Positions 17,072 to 26,924 of a DNA stretch of 64,000 bases are shown here, one piece after another. The stretch comes from Chthoniobacterales bacterium (GTDB taxonomy: Bacteria > Verrucomicrobiota > Verrucomicrobiia > Chthoniobacterales > UBA6821). Every line of letters begins with the position of its first letter. Within the stretch, counting starts at the first letter, position 1. Where the stretch lies: contig JBMOFC010000004.1 of the NCBI GenBank assembly GCA_049314455.1, positions 1,653 to 65,652 of the forward strand. Direction: 5' to 3'. A program made the position numbers and the translations under genes. A model generated the notes under the pieces. It had not been told where the DNA came from. It was given only the letters and a program-made list of their open reading frames with translations, and ran no database searches.

Positions 17072-18334
17072 ATGAAAATTCTCTTAATCGGCTCTGGCGG
17101 CCGAGAACATGCGCTCGCTTGGAAATTAAAACAGAGCCCTCGTCTCACACAACTCTACATTGCTCCTGGTAATCCGGGTACAGCATCCTTGGGTCAAAAC
17201 ATTCACATAGAGCCCTCTGACTGCGCAGGTTTACTCATGTTTGCAAAAGAAAAAAAAATCGACATGACCATCGTCGGTCCTGATGATCCATTAGCACTCG
17301 GGGTCGTCGATCTTTTCCAAAATGCAGGATTTCGTATCTTTGGGCCAACGGTTTCTGGTGCGCGTCTGGAATCTTCTAAATCTTTTGCCAAGGAGTTCAT
17401 GAACCGTCATGGCATTCCTACAGCCACTTCAAAAACGTTCATCGATCCCATCACAGCTTATACCTACGTCCGGAGTGCCACATATCCTCTGGTGGTGAAG
17501 GCCGATGGGCTTGCGCTTGGAAAAGGGGTTGTCATTGCTCGCGCTTTGGATGAGGCTTTAGAAGCTGTTCGTCAATCGATGGAACTTCAGATGTTTGGAG
17601 TAGCAGGAACAACCATCGTCATTGAAGAGTTCCTCACTGGGGTGGAATGTTCTCTTCATGCACTCGTGGATGGAAACACAACACTCCTCTTCCCCGATGC
17701 ACGCGACCACAAGCGGGCGCTCGATGGGGACCAAGGGCCTAACACAGGAGGAATGGGAACGGTTTCCCCCTCCGGAGTTCTTTCGTCCAGTATGCAAGAA
17801 GAACTGCAGCGTACACTCTTTGATCCCTTTTTGCGTGGACTGAAAGCCGATGGTCTCACCTTTGCAGGAATGCTTTTCCCCGGAATCATGATGACTCCTC
17901 AAGGGCCGAAAGTCCTCGAGTTTAACTGCCGCTTTGGCGATCCCGAGACTCAAGTCCTCATGCGTCGCTTGAAGAGCGATCTGATTGATCTTTTAGAAGC
18001 AACACTCGATGGAACACTCGCCACCAAGCAGCCCATTTGGAACGAGCGTCCTGCTGTCTGCGTTGTCGTGGCCTCGGGAGGATATCCTGGCCCTATTGAA
18101 AAAGGGAAAATCATTCATGGGCTCGAAGCTGCAGTTGCTTCTGATCCTGAAATTGTTCTCTTTCATGCTGGGACCAGAAAAGAAGGTGATTTCTATTACA
18201 CCGCTGGCGGTCGTGTTCTAGGAGTTACCGCCACGGGAGCCACGCTAGAAGAGGCGCGGAGCAAGGTGTATAGCGCCGTTGAGTTGATTAGCTTTGAAGG
18301 AAAACAATATCGACGGGATATTGGGCAACGTTAA
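17072..18334 (+). CDS. purD: Phosphoribosylamine-glycine ligase
   Basis: MKILLIGSGGREHALAWKL, an ATP-grasp core and EFNCRFGDPETQ. The ATG at 17072 is divergent from panD. Confidence 0.95.
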   Translation: MKILLIGSGGREHALAWKLKQSPRLTQLYIAPGNPGTASLGQNIHIEPSDCAGLLMFAKEKKIDMTIVGPDDPLALGVVDLFQNAGFRIFGPTVSGARLESSKSFAKEFMNRHGIPTATSKTFIDPITAYTYVRSATYPLVVKADGLALGKGVVIARALDEALEAVRQSMELQMFGVAGTTIVIEEFLTGVECSLHALVDGNTTLLFPDARDHKRALDGDQGPNTGGMGTVSPSGVLSSSMQEELQRTLFDPFLRGLKADGLTFAGMLFPGIMMTPQGPKVLEFNCRFGDPETQVLMRRLKSDLIDLLEATLDGTLATKQPIWNERPAVCVVVASGGYPGPIEKGKIIHGLEAAVASDPEIVLFHAGTRKEGDFYYTAGGRVLGVTATGATLEEARSKVYSAVELISFEGKQYRRDIGQR

Positions 18335-18422
18335 ATTTTTTTTGAACATTTCTTTATTTTTTTTGTCGTACGAATAAAATCGCTTTTCTTTTTCATCTTA
18401 AAAATACCACTTATTTCATTCT

Positions 18423-19412
18423 ATGAATCACTCTGTTCAAGAACTTGATCGTCGTGTCCAAGAAACTAGCGCTTGGGTCCATCCTCTCACTCAAGAAATC
18501 AGTCGTGTCGTTGTGGGGCAACAAGGGCTCATCCGAGGTCTCCTCTTGGGGCTGCTCAGTAATGGACATGTGTTGCTTGAAGGGGTGCCTGGGCTCGCCA
18601 AGACGTTAACCGTAAAAACGCTCTCTTCCTGCATAGACGCTTCTTTTCAGCGGTTACAGTTCACTCCTGATCTTCTTCCTGCGGATCTTGTTGGAACCTT
18701 GATTTACAATCCGAAGGAGAGTATTTTTACCACGCGGAAAGGCCCTCTTTTTGCAAACATCATCTTGGCTGATGAAATTAATCGTGCTCCCGCTAAGGTT
18801 CAAAGCGCACTGCTCGAGGCGATGCAAGAGAGGCATGTCACTATTAGCGATGAAACCTTTCCTCTGCCAGATCCTTTTTTGGTCTTGGCCACACAAAATC
18901 CGCTGGAACAAGAGGGAACTTACCCTCTGCCAGAGGCTCAACTAGACCGCTTCATGCTCAAGATCGTCGTTGGCTATCCAACACGTAAAGAGGAGCGAAT
19001 GATTTTAGATGCCATGGCAACCTCTTCTCCACGCCTGCACGTAGAGCGTCTCGTGACAAAAGAACAGATTTTACGGGCGCGTGAAGTAGTCAATGAAATC
19101 TATGTAGATGAAAAGGTCAAAGACTACATCGTCGATCTTGTCTGGGCGACCCGCGAGCCTGCAGTCTACAAATTAAAACTCGATGGGATGATTCGCTACG
19201 GAGCCTCTCCCCGTGCTACTATTTTCCTCACGCTTGCTGCCAAAGCCCATGCCTTCTTGCAGGGTCGAGGTTATGTTACTCCACACGATGTCAAATCGGT
19301 TGGTCTCGATGTCTTGCGCCATCGTGTAGCTGTCAGCTACGAAGCAGAAGCCGAGTCGATCACTTCGGAAGAAGTTGTTGGGAAAATTTTTGAAGGGTTG
19401 CAAGTACCATAA
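18423..19412 (+). CDS. MoxR-family AAA+ ATPase
   Basis: Walker A-like LLEGVPGLAKT, LADEINRAPAKVQSALLEAMQE, and LATQNPLEQEGTYPLPEAQLDRF. First gene of the Bat-type operon. Confidence 0.9.
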   Translation: MNHSVQELDRRVQETSAWVHPLTQEISRVVVGQQGLIRGLLLGLLSNGHVLLEGVPGLAKTLTVKTLSSCIDASFQRLQFTPDLLPADLVGTLIYNPKESIFTTRKGPLFANIILADEINRAPAKVQSALLEAMQERHVTISDETFPLPDPFLVLATQNPLEQEGTYPLPEAQLDRFMLKIVVGYPTRKEERMILDAMATSSPRLHVERLVTKEQILRAREVVNEIYVDEKVKDYIVDLVWATREPAVYKLKLDGMIRYGASPRATIFLTLAAKAHAFLQGRGYVTPHDVKSVGLDVLRHRVAVSYEAEAESITSEEVVGKIFEGLQVP

Positions 19413-19649
19413 TCAGCCAGAGGCTGGAGGCTGGAATGCTAAAATAATTTTGTGACTAACAACATTATTTTATTTCCAAAAAGAATGAACCACAAAGAGC
19501 ACAAAGATGAGACAAAGATCACAAAAAGAATTTTTTCATAAAAAAATTCTAAAAGGTTTCGAGTTTCAATTTTTTCGTGCACACCATTTTTTTGCTTTAA
19601 AAATTTTTATAAAAAATTTTATTTCTCTGTTTTCTTTGTGTTCCGCTTT

Positions 19650-19829
19650 AACCCGGATATTTCATACTCATTCTGCTGCGGCTTGCGGTAGCCTGATGTA
19701 TACAGCGTCAGTCTCGAATTGCTCCTCGGGCAATATGAGACATACAGCCGTCGTCGTAATCCATCGCTTTCCTGGTCTACATCAGGCTGCACGGTGCCTC
19801 GCGACGAATCAGTATGAAATATCCGGGTT
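19650..19829. mobile_element. MITE family 1 copy with a perfect 19-bp TIR
   Basis: AACCCGGATATTTCATACT (19650-19668) pairs with AGTATGAAATATCCGGGTT (19811-19829). It is embedded in a larger inverted pair, AATGAACCACAAA (~19484) and TTTGTGGTTCATT (~19848). Confidence 0.85.
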
Positions 19830-19903
19830 AGCAGCTTTGAGTGTTTTGTGGTTCATTATTTCCTTTCTTGGCTGCATTGATATTTACCCAATTTGACTAC
19901 AAC

Positions 19904-20803
19904 ATGAAAATTTCTCCAGCCTCTAGCCTCCAGACTGCTGCCAAAATCCGTCGTCTGGAGCTTCGAACCAAGCGCCTCGTAGAATCTTCGTTTTCGGGTC
20001 AGTATCATAGTATTTTCAAAGGGCAAGGAATGAACTTTGAAGAGGTGCGACCTTACGCTGCCGGGGATGAAATTCGTTCGATCGACTGGAATGTGAGCGC
20101 ACGTACTGGTGATTTACATATTAAAAAATTCACAGAAGAGCGCGAGATAACGGTTATGATTCTCTTAGATGTGAGTGCTTCAGGAAATTTTGGGAGTGTT
20201 CAGGAAAGTAAGCGGGAAATGGCTGCGGAGGTTGCCGCAGTGCTGGCATTTAGCGCGATTCACAACAATGACAAAGTGGGGCTACTTCTTTTTTCAGATC
20301 AAATCGAACTTTTTATGCCACCTAAGAAAGGACGCCTTCATCATCTGCGTCTCATTCGAGAGATGTTTTATTTTCAACCCAAAGGACGTCAAACCAACAT
20401 TGCTGGAGCACTCGATTGCCTGAACAAAGTCATGCATCGTAAGGCCATTGTTTTTCTTATTTCCGATTTTTTAGACGAGCATGATTTTTCGCGTCCCTTG
20501 ACGGTTGCTTCCAAACGGCATGATCTCATTGCGCTTCCGATCATTGACCCCGTTGAGGAGTCTCTACCTGATGTTGGCGTCATCACCTTGGAAGATCCTG
20601 AAACAGGAGCGCAATTTGAAGTCAATACTTCCTCCTCCAAACTTCGAGACGAATATCGAGAAGAAACGCACCGTCGTGCCTCAAAGCTCATGCACCTCTT
20701 TGGAGCCCGTCGTATTGATATGGTCCCCTTGCATACCGAAAAAGATTATTTGCCGGCACTCCGTTCTTTTTTTGTGTCGCGTGAGCGTCGAAAAGCAAAA
20801 TGA
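19904..20803 (+). CDS. DUF58 family protein (MoxR-associated, VWA-like)
   Basis: GQYHSIFKGQGMNFEEVRPYAAGDEIRSIDWNVSART is the DUF58 signature. The ATG at 19904 is preferred. The track start at 19841 runs into the repeat region. Confidence 0.85.
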   Translation: MKISPASSLQTAAKIRRLELRTKRLVESSFSGQYHSIFKGQGMNFEEVRPYAAGDEIRSIDWNVSARTGDLHIKKFTEEREITVMILLDVSASGNFGSVQESKREMAAEVAAVLAFSAIHNNDKVGLLLFSDQIELFMPPKKGRLHHLRLIREMFYFQPKGRQTNIAGALDCLNKVMHRKAIVFLISDFLDEHDFSRPLTVASKRHDLIALPIIDPVEESLPDVGVITLEDPETGAQFEVNTSSSKLRDEYREETHRRASKLMHLFGARRIDMVPLHTEKDYLPALRSFFVSRERRKAK

Positions 20804-21429
20804 AAATTCTAGTGTTGATTGCAATGCCTCTATCGAATACACCAGCAATTCCTTCAAGCTCAGGAATCGTTCCTTCGCTTCCTGCCTCGCTTCAGAGCCT
20901 ACAAGCCTCTCCATCACCACAAGCTCCTTTGCATGATATTGTAGGGCCTTTTTCTTTTTTTGCTTATACGCCAACCCAAATTCTTCTCGCCTTAGTTGTA
21001 TTGTTGTTTCTATTGGGAATTCTTTTTTGGGGCATCCGAAAGCTGCGTCAAAAACCACCGCTCACGCCACGTGAAGCCTGCTTGCAACAGCTTCTTCAGA
21101 TGAAAGAGAAAATTATGGAGGGCAGCGATCATGAGTTTGGGAGTCTTGTTTCCGGATTACTGCGCGGCTATTTGGGGGTAGCTTTTGGGCTGGCTGCACC
21201 GCGTCAAACGACAGAAGAGTTTCTGGAATCTTTACGAGGGCACAAGCGGTTTACGTTAGCCGAGCAAAAATCATTAGAGACCTTTTTAACACGCTCCGAT
21301 TTTTTAAAATTTGCTCATAGAGAAGCGGCAGAAACCGATCGCCTCTCACTGATTGCAGCAGCGGAACACTTTGTTCAAGGTAACGTTGAAAATAGCTCTA
21401 AAAAAAGTGAGGAGGATAGCCTGTTATGA
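20800..21429 (+). CDS. DUF4381-like membrane protein of Bat operons
   Basis: One TM helix followed by LLRGYLGVAFGLAAPRQTTEEFLESL...DFLKFA, matching the DUF4381 pattern. ATGA coupling on both sides. Confidence 0.5.
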   Translation: MKILVLIAMPLSNTPAIPSSSGIVPSLPASLQSLQASPSPQAPLHDIVGPFSFFAYTPTQILLALVVLLFLLGILFWGIRKLRQKPPLTPREACLQQLLQMKEKIMEGSDHEFGSLVSGLLRGYLGVAFGLAAPRQTTEEFLESLRGHKRFTLAEQKSLETFLTRSDFLKFAHREAAETDRLSLIAAAEHFVQGNVENSSKKSEEDSLL

Positions 21430-22466
21430 CTTCTTATCTTCACCATTTCTTCAATACACATTGGGGAGACTTTTCCTTTGCCCATCCTTGGGTTTTGTCG
21501 GGATTGCTTGCACTGCCGCTGTTGGCCTGGCTGAAAGGACATTTTGGAGGAACACCTGGTATTTTATTTTCCTCCACACAGCTGGTTCTTAATTTGGGGC
21601 ATCAACGCCGAAGCCGAGCTGGGGCCCTTCTTGCCTCTTTTTTTTACCTGGCCATGGTCCTCTTCATTGTGGCCTTAGCACGTCCTCAAATGGGACAAAC
21701 CATAGAACACATTACAGCTAGCGGTATTGACATCATGCTTGTTCTGGATGTTTCTGGATCGATGTCGACAGAAGATTATACGATTGGAAATCAACGTGCA
21801 AGTCGCCTTGAAGCTGTGAAGCGCGTGACAGAGCAATTTATTGAAAGTCGACCCAATGATCGTATTGGTATTATTGCTTTTGCAGGTCGCCCTTACTTGG
21901 TGAGTCCTATCACCCTAGATCATGAGTGGCTCATTGATAACCTCGACCGTGTGCAACTAGGACTTGTGGAAGATGGAACTGCTATTGGCTCTGCCTTAGC
22001 ATCAGCAGCAGCACGTTTAAAAAATCGGGATGCCAAGACCAAACTCATTGTCCTCTTAACCGATGGAGCAAACAATGCAGGAAAAATCATGCCGCTGACC
22101 GCAGCGGAAGCTGCTAAGGCGCTTGGAATCCGCATTTATACTATTGGTGCGGGTAGTTCAGGCCCCGTTTCGGTGCCGATTCAGGATCGTTTTGGACGCA
22201 CATTTTATCAGACAGTGATTTTTGATTTTGATGAAAAATTATTGGCCACTATTGCAACAATCGGAGATGGAAGATACTTCAGAGCTGCTGATTCGGCCTC
22301 ACTCAAGACAACATTTCAAGAAATCGATCGGCTGGAAAAAAGCAAAATTGAAATTGAAAAAAATGTGAATCATAAAGATTTTTTCTGGTGGCTTGTTGCC
22401 CTAGGAACGTTCCTGCTCGTCGTAGAAATTATTCTCTCGCAAACATGGCGGAGGAAGATTCCCTGA
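21426..22466 (+). CDS. batA: BatA-like VWA-domain membrane protein
   Basis: BatA N-terminal motif (FAHPWVLSGLLALPLLAW), VWA MIDAS residues (VLDVSGSM), LLTDGANNAG and a C-terminal TM helix. Confidence 0.85.
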   Translation: MTSYLHHFFNTHWGDFSFAHPWVLSGLLALPLLAWLKGHFGGTPGILFSSTQLVLNLGHQRRSRAGALLASFFYLAMVLFIVALARPQMGQTIEHITASGIDIMLVLDVSGSMSTEDYTIGNQRASRLEAVKRVTEQFIESRPNDRIGIIAFAGRPYLVSPITLDHEWLIDNLDRVQLGLVEDGTAIGSALASAAARLKNRDAKTKLIVLLTDGANNAGKIMPLTAAEAAKALGIRIYTIGAGSSGPVSVPIQDRFGRTFYQTVIFDFDEKLLATIATIGDGRYFRAADSASLKTTFQEIDRLEKSKIEIEKNVNHKDFFWWLVALGTFLLVVEIILSQTWRRKIP

Positions 22467-22489
22467 TTTTCAACGTTTCAATACTACCA

Positions 22490-24691
22490 ATGTCTGTTGA
22501 CGCTACCCTTCATTTTCAAAATATCCTTTGGTTGTGGGCTCTTCTCTTGCTAGTCCCACTGACAGCGCTGTTTTTCTATGCACAAAAAAAGAGAGAGCTG
22601 CTTCTTTCTAAAATAGTTGCCACTAGATTGCGCACCTCTCTTGTTGGGCATGTGAGCATGGTCAAGCGGGTCTTACGTGCCATGCTGGCCTTAGGAGCGT
22701 TGGGATTTTTGTTGATCGCTCTTGCAGGGCCTCGCCTTGGTTATGAAGAGCATGTGGTCCCAAGTCATGGACGCGATATCATGCTTGCCATTGATACCTC
22801 ACGAAGCATGCTGGCCACAGATGTGACTCCCACACGTCTTGCGCGCGCCAAGCTCCTTGCTGAAGATGTCTTGGAGTTGCTTCCTGGCGATCGTGTTGGA
22901 CTCATCGCTTTTGCAGGAAAAGCTTTTTTACAAGCTCCCATGACGTTAGATCATCAGGCTGTTCGCGATGCTCTTAATGACTTAGACACCAATATTATTC
23001 CCAAAGGGGGAACGAATATTTCAGAAGCTATTCATCTAACGATGACGGCACTCGACAAGGGAGAGGGAAGCGAACGAGCACTCATCTTGATGACCGATGG
23101 AGAAGATCTTGGCGGTGATGCACTTCAAGCAGCGCAAGAGGCCAAAGAAGATGAGATTCAAATTTTCACGATTGGCATTGGCTCTCCCGAGGGTTCTTTG
23201 ATCCCGATTCTCAACGAGCAAAATGGACATGACTTCGTACGGGATGAACATGGTAAAACGGTTCTTTCCAAACTCGATATAGGGCGCTTGCAAGAAATTG
23301 CTTCCATTACGGGTGGCTTTTATGAACCTTTTGGAAATAATGCGGCACGAAACATTGTTCAAAAGGGAATTTTGCCCCTCTCGGGAGTCAACGGGAAGAC
23401 ACAAGTCACACGTCGTCCGATCGAACGCTATGAATGGCCGCTGAGCGCGGCTCTTTTTCTCCTCGTGCTTTGGTGGCTCTTGGATGAAAGACGTCGTTAT
23501 CCGCAAGCTCGTAGAGGCCTATTATTGATACTTTTGTTTTTATTTCCAACCTTAGGAAATACGACTCCAGGTTTGAATGAGTATAATCAAGGTAATTATG
23601 GAGCAGCGCTCACGACTTTTGAAGAACAGTTAAAACATGGTAATGATTCCGATGAAGCCCGCTTTGATGCTGGTGCCGCTGCTTACAAACAGGGCTATTA
23701 TAAAAAAGCAATCGACTATTTTACAGGAGCTATGACCTCTTCTTCTCCAAAAATACAGCAAGCCTCAACCTATAACCTTGCCAACGCCCTCGCGCGTGAA
23801 GGGGAAAGAGTGACAAGTGGTCCAGAAAAACTCTCTGATTGGAAAAGTGCCATCGAACATTATGACACGGTGCTCAAAGCAGATCCCAACAATAAGCAGG
23901 CCAAAGAGAACCAAGCGATTGTTAAAAAAATGATAGAAGATTTTAAAAAGCAAGAAGAGCAACAGAAAAAAAATCCCAACAAAGATCAAAATCAGCAACA
24001 GCAGGATTCACAAAAAAATCAGCAACAGCAGCAAAATCCGAACAATAATGGGCAAGGAAATTCCTCCCAGAATCAGCAGCAACAACAAAATTCCAACCAA
24101 CAGCCGCAAAATCAGCAACAGAATTCTAACCAATCCCAAGATCCACAAAAAAATGGGACTCAGAATCCCTCTTCTTTGCAAGATCCACAAAAGAATCCTT
24201 CCTCTCCTCAGTCAGGAAGTACTCCTGGAGACTCTCCTTCGCCTTCCCCTAAAGATGAAAAAAATGAAGCAAAGAATCCTTCCAATTCAAATCAGGGAGA
24301 AAAGCCGACCCCAACTCCAGCTTCCGGGCAGCAGCAAGCAAGCGAACAAGGAACACCCTCTCCTACACCAACGCCCCATGATCAACACTCTTCTGGATTA
24401 GAATCACAACAACAGCCACAGAATCTATCCTCCTCGAATGCGGCTGCCGGAAATCAGAAAAATAGTGATTCTGTAAATAGTGAGCCTTCGTCAACTCCCC
24501 AAGAAAAAAAACAAGGTTCCTTGAATGGTGGAGAACAGAAAGCTCCAGCAGCAACTCCTGTTCAAGAAGGAGAAGGAGGTACGATGTCTAAGGCTCAAGC
24601 GGAAGACATTCTCCGTTCGATGAAAGATGAAGAGCAACAGGTTCAATTTCAACATCGCAAAGAATCAGAAGAAACAACAAAAGATTGGTAG
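22490..24691 (+). CDS. BatB-like VWA domain fused to a BatC-like TPR region and a long Q/N/P/S-rich low-complexity segment
   Basis: AIDTSRSM MIDAS and LMTDGEDLGG (VWA), then a TM helix, then TPR-like YNQGNYGAALTTFEEQL...YKQGYYKKAIDYF. From about 23940 to 24600 there are runs of Q, N, P and S. An alternative ATG lies at 22445. Confidence 0.8.
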   Translation: MSVDATLHFQNILWLWALLLLVPLTALFFYAQKKRELLLSKIVATRLRTSLVGHVSMVKRVLRAMLALGALGFLLIALAGPRLGYEEHVVPSHGRDIMLAIDTSRSMLATDVTPTRLARAKLLAEDVLELLPGDRVGLIAFAGKAFLQAPMTLDHQAVRDALNDLDTNIIPKGGTNISEAIHLTMTALDKGEGSERALILMTDGEDLGGDALQAAQEAKEDEIQIFTIGIGSPEGSLIPILNEQNGHDFVRDEHGKTVLSKLDIGRLQEIASITGGFYEPFGNNAARNIVQKGILPLSGVNGKTQVTRRPIERYEWPLSAALFLLVLWWLLDERRRYPQARRGLLLILLFLFPTLGNTTPGLNEYNQGNYGAALTTFEEQLKHGNDSDEARFDAGAAAYKQGYYKKAIDYFTGAMTSSSPKIQQASTYNLANALAREGERVTSGPEKLSDWKSAIEHYDTVLKADPNNKQAKENQAIVKKMIEDFKKQEEQQKKNPNKDQNQQQQDSQKNQQQQQNPNNNGQGNSSQNQQQQQNSNQQPQNQQQNSNQSQDPQKNGTQNPSSLQDPQKNPSSPQSGSTPGDSPSPSPKDEKNEAKNPSNSNQGEKPTPTPASGQQQASEQGTPSPTPTPHDQHSSGLESQQQPQNLSSSNAAAGNQKNSDSVNSEPSSTPQEKKQGSLNGGEQKAPAATPVQEGEGGTMSKAQAEDILRSMKDEEQQVQFQHRKESEETTKDW

Positions 24692-24814
24692 AAATTACAT
24701 TTCAATTTTTACCAATCCATAAAGAGTAATGCATCAATTCTCCCTGTTCTTTATTTTTTAAAAAATGAAACAAACGTAGCACAAAAAGATTTAGCACTAC
24801 CTAACGTCTCCCTA

Positions 24815-25005
24815 AACTGTCGTTCCCGCGCAGGCGGGAATCCAGGACATGGTCAATCGTTCCTGCGAGTAGGAGCATCGCGAAATCAAAAATTATCCAC
24901 AGATGTCAAGAGTACTCACGAAAACAAAAATAAAGCTCCACAGCGCCCTGGTTCCTGTTTTCACGGGAATGACGTGCCGACGTCGCGGGAATGACATTAG
25001 TGTAG
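24815..25005. repeat. Cluster of TTCCCGCG-N-CGCGGGAA type hairpin modules
   Basis: ttcccgcgcaggcgggaa (24823-24840), and tcacgggaatgacgtgccgacgtcgcgggaatgac (24961-24995). The same module (gtcatccccgcgaaggcggggatc) is present inside MITE family 2, and cgcgggaatgacgtg occurs at about 49225. Confidence 0.7.
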
Positions 25006-25094
25006 CTGGAATGAAGATCGAGAGTTTTCTAAATATATACCTTCTTGGAAATCCAATTTTCTTTCTGTTGATGGGTCCTCTTTTTCATAGAAGC

Positions 25095-26924
25095 ATGCCA
25101 AAACATAAAATTTACAAAACAAATTTGTCCTCGAGTTTAAAAAAACTCTTTACTGGCCTCTGCCGGAAACTTCTTTCCTTTTTCCTTGGAATCCTCTTTT
25201 TCCTCGCGCCACTCTCCGCCGCTCCTGAGATTCAAGTTTCTGCAGAGTTATCACGGCATCGTGTTACAGCAGGGGAGATGGTTCAACTCGATGTAAAAGT
25301 CACTGGAGCTCAGGATGCTGATGTTCCGCATAAAATAGCTGTGGATGGTCTCCAAATAAGCCTTGCAGGGCAGTCCAAGCAAGTCGAGATGGTGAACTTT
25401 GCCGTTAATTCTTCAGCGCTCTACTCGTACATCGTCATTCCTTTGCATGCAGGCACCTTCACAATTCCCTCCATTCAAGTACGTGCTGATGGGAAATATT
25501 TTCGCACATCGCCTCAGCAACTCATCATTGAAGGATCTGCTTCTTCTAGTGGCGCGGCGCAGGCTCCTCTGTCACCAAGTGCTGCAGGTACGCCTCCCTC
25601 TGTTGCTCCTGCATTACGAAGTGCGCCAGCTCCCACAAACAGCCAAATCGCTTTTAGCGAACTCATCATTTCTAAAAAGAAACTTTATGTAGGGGAGGTT
25701 GTCCCTGCAGAAATTCGTTTCTATGTCGATGCGCATTACAATGCACGACCACGTCGAGGGATTGATTTTAGTAATGAAGGGCTTTTGGTGGAGCGTCTCA
25801 GTGATCCTCTCTCGAGTAGAGAAGAACGCAATGGTATTCTCTATAATGTTGCTACCTTCCGTACTTTTATTTCTGCGGTTAAGCCAGGGCCGCTCAGTGT
25901 AGGTCCTGCAACACTCGAACTCGCTATCGAGCTTCCAACGCCAACGCCAACGCCTGCAGACATGCCCGATCTCGTTGCTCAATTACTGGGCCGTTCTGGT
26001 CCCATGACGCAACAACATTCCCTAGCCTTAAAATCGAATAAAATTTCCTTGGAAGTGATTCCTCTTCCGAACGAGGGACGTCCTGATCATTTTTCGGGAG
26101 CTATTGGAACATTCCAAATCGATGCCATGGCTCTTCCTAAGAAATATAGCCTGGGTGATCCCGTGACATTAGCAATCACTATCGAAGGGGATGGAAATTT
26201 TAAAGCGATTAGCATGCCGCAACTCACTGATACGGAGGGATGGAAAATCTATCCTTCGACCGATCGGATCGATGCACCAGATGACGCCGGTCTGCATGGC
26301 ATTAAAACCTTTGAGACCTCGATGATTGCTCAAGAGCCAAAAACAACAACGCCAGGCTCTCTTTTTTCTTACTTTAATCCCAACACTGGAAAATATGTGA
26401 CCTTGAGCACCAAGCCACAACCTCTGCAAGTGATCCCTTCCGCCACAGCATCAACCACGCCTGCTCCCACCAATACAGTAGCGGTCTCGCCATCACCTGT
26501 TGCTACTCCGTCACCGCTTCAAGCATTGAGTCAGCACTCTATGAGGTCATGGCAGGCGCCTCTCTATCGCACGGAATATTTCTTAGTCTCAGGAGCACTC
26601 CTTTGTGCGCTCTTGATTTTTACAACCTATCTTGGTTTTCAATGGTATCAAAAAACAGAGTTATTACTGCAACAACAAGAGCTCAAAAAAAGATGGTCAG
26701 AACTTCAAGACGATCAACTCGCAGCTGATCTCTTTTTAAAGAAAGCGGCAGCCTATGCAGAAATCTTGTTAAAAAAAGATTCTTCACGATCTTCTGAATT
26801 AGAAGAAATCTTTAGACGTCGCGATGAAATCAATTATGGTGCACGAGAGACTATTCTACGTCCTCAAGAGCGACAAAGGATTCTAGAAAAACTGAGTGTT
26901 TTTCGAACCGTTCACAAATCATGA
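25095..26924 (+). CDS. batD: BatD-like oxygen-tolerance protein
   Basis: Signal/TM segment followed by the BatD-type beta domain (APEIQVSAELSRHRVTAGEMVQLDVKV...HAGTFTIPSIQV), a second repeat of the fold and a C-terminal TM helix. The ATG at 25095 is preferred over the track start in the repeat region. Confidence 0.8.
   Translation: MPKHKIYKTNLSSSLKKLFTGLCRKLLSFFLGILFFLAPLSAAPEIQVSAELSRHRVTAGEMVQLDVKVTGAQDADVPHKIAVDGLQISLAGQSKQVEMVNFAVNSSALYSYIVIPLHAGTFTIPSIQVRADGKYFRTSPQQLIIEGSASSSGAAQAPLSPSAAGTPPSVAPALRSAPAPTNSQIAFSELIISKKKLYVGEVVPAEIRFYVDAHYNARPRRGIDFSNEGLLVERLSDPLSSREERNGILYNVATFRTFISAVKPGPLSVGPATLELAIELPTPTPTPADMPDLVAQLLGRSGPMTQQHSLALKSNKISLEVIPLPNEGRPDHFSGAIGTFQIDAMALPKKYSLGDPVTLAITIEGDGNFKAISMPQLTDTEGWKIYPSTDRIDAPDDAGLHGIKTFETSMIAQEPKTTTPGSLFSYFNPNTGKYVTLSTKPQPLQVIPSATASTTPAPTNTVAVSPSPVATPSPLQALSQHSMRSWQAPLYRTEYFLVSGALLCALLIFTTYLGFQWYQKTELLLQQQELKKRWSELQDDQLAADLFLKKAAAYAEILLKKDSSRSSELEEIFRRRDEINYGARETILRPQERQRILEKLSVFRTVHKS

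Noticed and set aside
24903..25094. N-terminal extensions proposed by the ORF track for batD (24903), batB/C (22388), DUF58 (19841), purD (17000), panD (17148), mrdA (10193), rsmE (30691), hutH (59527), phoH (38163) and tolB (54335)
   Set aside because: The extensions use non-ATG starts, run into repeats or into the neighbouring gene, and precede an ATG that aligns with the canonical family N-terminus. The shorter coordinates were adopted.
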